NCBI GenBank assembly: GCA_020353515.1
Contig: CP070695.1
Span: forward strand, 1,170,660 to 1,234,659
Length of the DNA: 64,000 nt
Direction: 5' to 3'
Source: Candidatus Heimdallarchaeota archaeon
GTDB lineage: Archaea; Asgardarchaeota; Heimdallarchaeia; Hodarchaeales; Hodarchaeaceae
A model generated the notes under the pieces. That model had not been told where the DNA came from, searched no databases, and worked only from the letters and a program-made list of their open reading frames with translations. The position numbers and the translations under genes were made by a program. Each line of letters opens with the position of its first letter. Position 1 is the first letter of the stretch. Shown here in pieces: positions 57,548 to 64,000 of the stretch.

Positions 57548-58699
57548 CTATTTCAGCTTCTCCTCCTGACCGAAATCCCGATACAAAGAGAACTCTTCAA
57601 GTATTTCTTTATCTCTAGATGTCTTTTTATCAGCTAGAATGCGTGCCAAAAGTTCACCAATGCCAGGGCCAATCATGTAACCTTGGCCACACATTCCTAC
57701 TGCATTGAAATAACCCTCGATTTCCTTAATTGAACCTACAATAGGGTTTCCATCAGGAGTCATTGGATAGATTCCACGCCACGTTCGACGTACTTTGATA
57801 TTCTTAAGTCTTGGAAGCAAATTTATCATTCTTTTTGCAATTTGCGGTAGAAAAACGCTAGTCTCTCTCCTATCTGTCCCAATAATTGGAGGTTCAGGTG
57901 TAAGACAAAAAATGATCTTTCCTTCTTTATTTTGATAAAAATAGAAATTTTTAGATCCTTCTGATGGTCGGATATCAACAACCATTGGTGAAAAAAAACG
58001 TTTAACGGATTCTGTTATACCAGCTTCATGAGATTCGGGTATTACTTGGACATCGCTTCCAACCATTTGAGCGACATCTCGAGCTTGGGCCCCAGCGGCA
58101 TTAATTACATTTGAGGCTTTATATGTCTCCTTAGACGTTTTTATAGCTATGACTCGGTTGTTTACCGTTTTTATATCAATTACTTTTTCCTTAAACTTGA
58201 ATTTTACCCCTAAATTACGTGCTTGACGATAGAAGGCATTTATAGCTAATAATGGAGACGCATTGCCATCCTCTGGCGAAAAAGTTCCTCCTAGGAGCTC
58301 CGTTCGATTTATTCCTGGAACTATTTCTTGGATCTTTTCAGCATCAACATAGTCAATATTCAAGCCACTCTGCTTCTGGTGAAGCACAGTGTCTTTTAGT
58401 ACCTGTTCATGAGCTTCATTATAAGCTAAGAAAGAATAACCTCCTTGAATCCACTCAATATCGTCACCAAAGTTTTCCTCCCATGTCGAAAAGATTTCAA
58501 TTGATCGTTGACAAGTCCAAATCTTCCCTTTCTGGGAATGGGTCGCTCTAATTCCTCCTATCGCATGTTTGTTATCACCACAACCCACCGAAGGAGCACT
58601 ATCAATTACTAACGTTTTGATGTTGTAGTTACCCATAGCTAATGCTGTTGGAACTCCTATACTGCCTGCACCAATGATAATGCAGTCGTATTCTACCAC
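57548..58699 (-). CDS. Dye-linked L-proline dehydrogenase beta subunit / sarcosine oxidase beta-like FAD oxidoreductase
   Basis: IGAGSIG, GGIR, RRTWRGIYPMTPDGNPIVG, GMCGQGYMIGPGIG. Confidence 0.85.
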   Translation of the reverse strand: MVEYDCIIIGAGSIGVPTALAMGNYNIKTLVIDSAPSVGCGDNKHAIGGIRATHSQKGKIWTCQRSIEIFSTWEENFGDDIEWIQGGYSFLAYNEAHEQVLKDTVLHQKQSGLNIDYVDAEKIQEIVPGINRTELLGGTFSPEDGNASPLLAINAFYRQARNLGVKFKFKEKVIDIKTVNNRVIAIKTSKETYKASNVINAAGAQARDVAQMVGSDVQVIPESHEAGITESVKRFFSPMVVDIRPSEGSKNFYFYQNKEGKIIFCLTPEPPIIGTDRRETSVFLPQIAKRMINLLPRLKNIKVRRTWRGIYPMTPDGNPIVGSIKEIEGYFNAVGMCGQGYMIGPGIGELLARILADKKTSRDKEILEEFSLYRDFGQEEKLK

Positions 58700-58702
58700 T
58701 GT

Positions 58703-60778
58703 TTACTTCACATCCTCTGTATGAGCGAAAATTCCTAATGGAACCTCAATAAATAAAGGCCGTCGGGTACCTTGAGTGATTTGCTCAAAAGGAACTCCTT
58801 CCTCACTAAAAATCCTGTTAATCATTGCTGTACACGTTTTACCTCCGCATGCTCCCATTTGCACATGTGTAAGAGCTTTTAGCTGGTTGACATCAGTTAT
58901 TCCTTGTTGAATCCATTTTCGTATCTCTCCTGCTGAAACCCGTTCACAACGACAAACAATTGCTTCATCTGCTAATGGGGGTTTGTGATAAATCGACAAA
59001 GGTCCACTTATCTCATTGGCTTGGATTTTTATACCAATTGCACATTTCGCAATTTGTTTGGGTAGTTTAACCGTAACCAATTGAGTTCTTGGATACTGCT
59101 TTAATTTTCTAGTCAGTTCAATAAAAAATACTCCTAGTTCTCCTGTATCACTCACCACTATTATTTTATCCCCATTTTTAAGGCTCTTCTCAGCCATTTC
59201 ATGCGGAAAAGTTACATATGGAAATTCTTTATCTTTTCTATAATCCACTAATGAAATAGCGAGTCCTGGACAGACCGCAACACATCTTCCGCAACCTGTA
59301 CAGTCTTCTTCCCCTTTGAAATAAGGTAAGCTAGTTAATAGATCATTTTCAGTAAAAATTTGATGTTGAGGACAGACTGATATGCAGGGATTACACGGGA
59401 TTTCTTGATCACAGTGGAAAATAGGAAAAATACCCTCCTCTTGTGTTGGGATTTCTCTCATTTTAGGTGGTGGTGGTGGTGCCTTCAAAATCTGTGCTTT
59501 TTTTTCAAGTTCTTCTATTTTTACATCTGTTTCAATTCCATATGAATGTAGGATCTTAATAGCTTCCATTCGACCAGTAAAGATGGCTGCAGATGCCTCT
59601 GCGATTTCTTGCGCATCTCCAGCCATCCAAACTTTGATTCCATATCCTAAAGCCTTGTCATAGAATTCATTTACAGGATCTAATCCGACCGCGATTAAAA
59701 TGGTATCACAAAGGAATGATTTTTCCGTACCTTTGATCAAGTTCCAATCAGAATCCAATTTACCTACTGTAATTGATTCTACTCTATCAGTACCGTTAGC
59801 AGAAAGAATTGTATGACTAGTGTAGATGGGAACCCCTAAACGTTTGAGCTTATTTTCATGGACTTTATACCCACCACATTGAGGTAACGCTTCAACTAAC
59901 CCGATAACTTCCATCCCTGCCTGTAAAGCATGGTATCCTGCAATCAATCCAACATTCCCTCCACCAACAATGAATATCTTGTCAGCAGCCTTGACAAGAT
60001 CACGATTTACTAATGTTTGAAACGCTCCAGCCCCATAAACCCCTGGAAGAGTATCACCTGGAAATACGAGCATTTTTTCTCTAGCGCCAGTAGCAATAAA
60101 CAGATTGTCTGGTATTACCAAAATATATTCATTTTCTTTCACAATTCCGACCAATTTATCACTGAAAATTGCAACAACAGTGCTTGATAGCCATATATCT
60201 ACTGTTGGTAATGATTCTACTGCTTTACCGAGAATTTCTGCAATATCAATTCCCCTCTTTCCTGCATATACATCTTCTGTTGAACCAAAGAATTTATGAG
60301 TTTGAAGAACTAGTTTTCCTCCAACACGATCCTTATCATCAACCAAGATGACTTTTAGTCCTTTTTCCCCTAGAATTTTTGTTGCAGATAAACCGGCAGG
60401 TCCTGCGCCAATTACTAGAATATCAGTTTTTACAACTGAGGTCACACCGAATGTAGTTGGTGAATCATCCATTAGAAGTTCTGGTAGTCCTTGACAGCTA
60501 TTTATTTCCATCCCCGCTTTTAGTAGAGTCATGCAAGATTTCACAGGTCTCCCATTAACAAGTACCGTACACTGCGCACACTGGTTATTAGCACAGAAGA
60601 TACCTTGAGGGCTGTTATCTTTAGGGTGATGCCCGAAAATTTTCACACCATTCATGAATAATACTGATGAAATAACCATACCCTCTATCCCCTTCATAGT
60701 TTTCCCCTCCCAAAAGAAAGTGATTTCTTTTAACTCTGGAATAGAGAGAATAGGATGCTCCGTAATTAGGTTTAGCAT
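58703..60778 (-). CDS. Dye-linked proline dehydrogenase alpha-like multidomain protein (2Fe-2S, FAD oxidoreductase, 2x4Fe-4S, BFD-like)
   Basis: GIFCANNQCAQC, GAGPAG, GGGNVG, CNPC..CP / CTGCGRCVAVCP, CRCE..GACGGKTC. Confidence 0.88.
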   Translation of the reverse strand: MLNLITEHPILSIPELKEITFFWEGKTMKGIEGMVISSVLFMNGVKIFGHHPKDNSPQGIFCANNQCAQCTVLVNGRPVKSCMTLLKAGMEINSCQGLPELLMDDSPTTFGVTSVVKTDILVIGAGPAGLSATKILGEKGLKVILVDDKDRVGGKLVLQTHKFFGSTEDVYAGKRGIDIAEILGKAVESLPTVDIWLSSTVVAIFSDKLVGIVKENEYILVIPDNLFIATGAREKMLVFPGDTLPGVYGAGAFQTLVNRDLVKAADKIFIVGGGNVGLIAGYHALQAGMEVIGLVEALPQCGGYKVHENKLKRLGVPIYTSHTILSANGTDRVESITVGKLDSDWNLIKGTEKSFLCDTILIAVGLDPVNEFYDKALGYGIKVWMAGDAQEIAEASAAIFTGRMEAIKILHSYGIETDVKIEELEKKAQILKAPPPPPKMREIPTQEEGIFPIFHCDQEIPCNPCISVCPQHQIFTENDLLTSLPYFKGEEDCTGCGRCVAVCPGLAISLVDYRKDKEFPYVTFPHEMAEKSLKNGDKIIVVSDTGELGVFFIELTRKLKQYPRTQLVTVKLPKQIAKCAIGIKIQANEISGPLSIYHKPPLADEAIVCRCERVSAGEIRKWIQQGITDVNQLKALTHVQMGACGGKTCTAMINRIFSEEGVPFEQITQGTRRPLFIEVPLGIFAHTEDVK

Positions 60779-61129
60779 TTAGTTTCCTCATTTTATACTT
60801 GAAGTAATAGCAATAGACTTTAGCGTATCTAACCCATTTTAACGGGTATTTAAGGTTCACTCGACCTTAATCTGGATTTTCTCAAGTATAAACCATGTTT
60901 TTGGGAAATTAATTTATAAAAGTTTTAAACTTATTCTCACATTTTACGGAAATTACTATATAATAACTGTTTTCTAACATAATTACGTGAAAATACTGAA
61001 TATAATAACAATAGATTTTGAATTAAAGACCAAACTGCAAAAATTAAATGGATTGGTAAAATATGGAGGCAATTTCATCTTAGATTCATCTAGATAGAAC
61101 TTAAAAGTCAAATTAAGAAGGTATGATAT

Positions 61130-62059
61130 TTGAAAGCATTCTTAATTACCCATTTTATGCCATCCTTTATAGTCAGGCTTTTTGCGAAGCCTTATGTTGC
61201 TGGGGATAGTCTAGAGAAAGGTATTGATAAAGCACGACATCTATGGATCCAAAGGGGGATAGCTTCTACTATTGATTTACTGGGTGAGGAAATTACAACA
61301 AAAGAAGAGGTTGAAGAAATCCTCGATATCTACCTAGATGTCGTCGACGCCATTAAAAAAGAGGAATTTTCGTCATTCGCCACTGTTAGCATCAAACCTA
61401 CATCCTTAGGAGTTGATATTTCGAAAGAATATTGCATTGACAATATTAAACGAATCCTAACATCAGCGCTAGAATCGAATATCGGTGTTACTATTGATAT
61501 GGAATCATCAAGATACACTGATGTTACATTGGAAATATTTCACCAGCTTAAACCTGATTTTCCAAATTTTGGGACTGTGCTCCAAACACGGCTATTTCGG
61601 ACAGAAAAAGACATTTCTGAATTGAATGGGTTGAATGCGCATATTCGTCTTTGTATTGGGATTTATATAGAAGACAAAAGCATTGCGTACACAAAGAAGA
61701 GCGAAATGAAGACTAAATTAGTCGAATACACCAAACTCTTGCTAGACCACAATCATTACGTCGAAGTAGCTACCCATGATGAGAAAACAATAGTTGAATG
61801 TCTTGAAATAATTGAAGATCATGGAGGGAGTCAAGTAGCTGAATTTCAAATGCTCTTAGGTGTACCACGAGACAAAATCCAAGAAGAATTACTAGAAAAA
61901 GGCTATATAATGCGGTATTACGTACCATTTGCGACAGAATGGAAGTATGCAACCAACTACCTTAGAAGAAGGTTGATTGAGAATCCTCGGTTAGCAATCT
62001 ACACTTTGAGGAATTTATTTGGTCGTGTGCTTCAACCGTTTAGAAGAAAAACAAAGTAA
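61130..62059 (+). CDS. Monofunctional (PutB/ProDH-type) proline dehydrogenase
   Basis: YVAG, DLLGE, SIKPTSLG, IDME, RLCIGIY, ATHD, EFQMLLG, YVPF...YLRRRLIENP. Confidence 0.92.
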   Translation: MKAFLITHFMPSFIVRLFAKPYVAGDSLEKGIDKARHLWIQRGIASTIDLLGEEITTKEEVEEILDIYLDVVDAIKKEEFSSFATVSIKPTSLGVDISKEYCIDNIKRILTSALESNIGVTIDMESSRYTDVTLEIFHQLKPDFPNFGTVLQTRLFRTEKDISELNGLNAHIRLCIGIYIEDKSIAYTKKSEMKTKLVEYTKLLLDHNHYVEVATHDEKTIVECLEIIEDHGGSQVAEFQMLLGVPRDKIQEELLEKGYIMRYYVPFATEWKYATNYLRRRLIENPRLAIYTLRNLFGRVLQPFRRKTK

Positions 62060-62088
62060 TTTTATCTGAAAAATGGAGTTTTGGAACA

Positions 62089-62760
62089 ATGAGTCCAACA
62101 GTAGCTTCAGAGAATGCGTTAAAAATTTTAAGAGTTTTCCCTGACGAATTCAAGTGGTATTTGATCCCCTTATTTGCAATTGTAGTTTATATGTATGCTG
62201 TTGAAATTGAAAAACGAAATTGGAGTCGTGTTCTCGCAGGTCTTGCGTTCTTTAGTATGGATCTATTTAATGAAACATGGAACGCGTTGATTTTGTACTT
62301 TACAGACTATTCTGCTTTCTGGACCTGTGCTGGAGAAACTGGATTTCTAATTTTTGTTGGATTAAACATTGAAATATCTCTAATGTTTGCTATGGCAGGT
62401 ATTGCATTCACTAAAATGCTCCCAGAAGACAAGAATATGAAATTTGATCTTAATATGATTAAAATTCCAGTAAAAATTCCTAATCGCTGGGTATTTGCAG
62501 TTGGCAATTCAGTATTTTGCGTTTTTGTAGAAGTCATCCTGAACAAAGCAGGAGCATTAGTATGGGAATATCCTTTTTGGAATGCGACTCTTATTGGTGT
62601 CATTCCTATTATTATCTTTGGCTATCTCCACTTTATGATTGTCTCTTTCTGGGTTTACGATATGGAAGAAATAAAAAATAAAATTATTGTGGTTGCATCC
62701 ATTTTGATATTTGATCTAATTGCTATAGGACTTTTTGCAGTTGTATTAGGTTGGATCTAA
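62089..62760 (+). CDS. Hypothetical multi-pass membrane protein
   Basis: About 6-7 TM helices with intramembrane acidic residues (DLFNE, NIE, FVE). Confidence 0.75.
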   Translation: MSPTVASENALKILRVFPDEFKWYLIPLFAIVVYMYAVEIEKRNWSRVLAGLAFFSMDLFNETWNALILYFTDYSAFWTCAGETGFLIFVGLNIEISLMFAMAGIAFTKMLPEDKNMKFDLNMIKIPVKIPNRWVFAVGNSVFCVFVEVILNKAGALVWEYPFWNATLIGVIPIIIFGYLHFMIVSFWVYDMEEIKNKIIVVASILIFDLIAIGLFAVVLGWI

Positions 62761-62970
62761 TTTATTCTTATTCTATAATTTTGTAAAAGGAAAATTCACT
62801 GGGATTCTTCTTTTATTTTGGATGAAAAATAGCATTAAAAGTAAGAATTTCATTATGATAAGCCTTTAAATGATGACTTGTGCTTATACTAAAAGATTGA
62901 AAAATATTTACTGAAGATTATACCCTTTATGAGCTGTCCACTGTAAGAAAGAGCACTACAGGCGATTGAT

Positions 62971-64000
62971 GTGAAAACCAAGCAAAATGACAAAGAAATG
63001 CGACAATTTCTAGAGGAAATCATGGCCTTTGCGAATAAGACTGGGATCGCCTTTATTACAGGAAATATTTATGGTGGCCTAGCTGGTTTTTGGGACTATG
63101 GGCCTATAGGAGTGGAAATAAAAAATCGAATCAAAGATGCATGGTGGACGGATTTTGTTCGTAATCGTGATGATATTGTGGGTTATGAAGGGGCAATAGT
63201 TACTCACCCGAAAGTGTGGGAGGCTTCAGGCCATTTAACAAGTTTTAATGATCCATTAATCTTCTGTCAGGGAAAATGCAAGAAAAAACACAGGTTGGAT
63301 CATTTAGTAGAGGATCACATGGAAATTCGTACAGAAGACTTAGATATCGACGAATTAGGAAATATTATCAAAGAGAAAGAGATTAAATGTCCAGAATGTG
63401 GGGGAAATTTCGGAGAACCTATCACATTCAATTTAATGTTTGAAACATATGTAGGTCCAGTACGGGACTCCTCTTCTCTTGCCTATTTACGACCAGAAAA
63501 CGCCCAACTTATCTTCTCTGGATTTAAGAATGTCATTGATTCAACTCGTGTGAAAATGCCATTTGGGATAGCTCATTCAGGAATAGTATTTCGAAATGAG
63601 ATATCTCCCCGTAATTTTCTTTTTAGAGTAAGAGAATATGAACTTATGGAATTTGAATATTTTACAAATCCTGATAAAACCAACGAATGCCCATATTTTG
63701 ATGATATAGCAGAATATGAAATTAATATTCTATCTCAACTTGAACAAAATCAAGATTATGAGGGAGACTATCGAATCATAACTGCAGGAGAAGCATGGGA
63801 AAAAAGAATATTTAAGAATAAATGGCAGGCTTATTGGCTTACTATCTTTATTCGCTGGTTTATTGAATCGTTAGGGATTCGAGGGGAGAAATTACGATTG
63901 CGACAACATTTGGAAACTGAATTAAGTCATTATGCCTTGGATACTTGGGATCTGGAATATAAATATCCTTTTGGTTGGAAGGAACTCATGGGGTGTGCAA
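62971..64000 (+). CDS. glyS: Glycine--tRNA ligase, alpha2 (archaeal/eukaryal) type, truncated by the window end
   Basis: Hand translation: IYGGLAGFWDYGPIG, VWEASGH, FNLMFET, YLRPENAQ, FRNEISPR..LFRVRE, ELSHYA. Absent from the ORF track. Confidence 0.95.
   Translation, partial: MKTKQNDKEMRQFLEEIMAFANKTGIAFITGNIYGGLAGFWDYGPIGVEIKNRIKDAWWTDFVRNRDDIVGYEGAIVTHPKVWEASGHLTSFNDPLIFCQGKCKKKHRLDHLVEDHMEIRTEDLDIDELGNIIKEKEIKCPECGGNFGEPITFNLMFETYVGPVRDSSSLAYLRPENAQLIFSGFKNVIDSTRVKMPFGIAHSGIVFRNEISPRNFLFRVREYELMEFEYFTNPDKTNECPYFDDIAEYEINILSQLEQNQDYEGDYRIITAGEAWEKRIFKNKWQAYWLTIFIRWFIESLGIRGEKLRLRQHLETELSHYALDTWDLEYKYPFGWKELMGCA

Noticed and set aside
60984-61011. ACGT(G)AAAATACTG..TAATAACA similarity to 15089-15110
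   Set aside because: AT-rich, needs gaps, and the downstream genes are unrelated; could be chance.

Overview
Low-GC archaeal DNA, most consistent with an Asgard archaeon (Heimdall-/Hodarchaeales-like). This is inferred from a Rag-like GTPase-roadblock fusion, PGF-type C-terminal anchors, an archaeal MetAP2 and an alpha2-type glycyl-tRNA synthetase. There is no rRNA, complete tRNA, CRISPR array, integrase or transposase. The left ~15 kb looks accessory: a divergent RtcB-like gene running off the edge (missed by the ORF track), an orphan tRNA 5' fragment, two ABC systems, a duplicated gene relic, a secreted 3x177-aa repeat protein and a GT2. The rest is mostly metabolic. The best candidate new system is an operon of an ATP-grasp ligase, an argininosuccinate-lyase-fold protein lacking the His/Glu general-acid pair (XcbC-like) and ComA, convergent on an APS reductase. 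It points to a phosphosulfolactate -> sulfoacrylate -> amide sulfonate pathway that matches neither the archaeal nor the bacterial CoM route. Other highlights: (1) a ~170-nt structured leader with a perfect 8-bp loop-loop pairing in front of two tiny zinc-finger ORFs; (2) an orphan CheC-CheD pair with both CheC catalytic Asn lost; (3) a switch-degenerate Rag-like GTPase; (4) circularly permuted peptide-binding proteins; (5) two unrelated proline dehydrogenases arranged back to back. All calls come from motif reading by eye; no searches were run.
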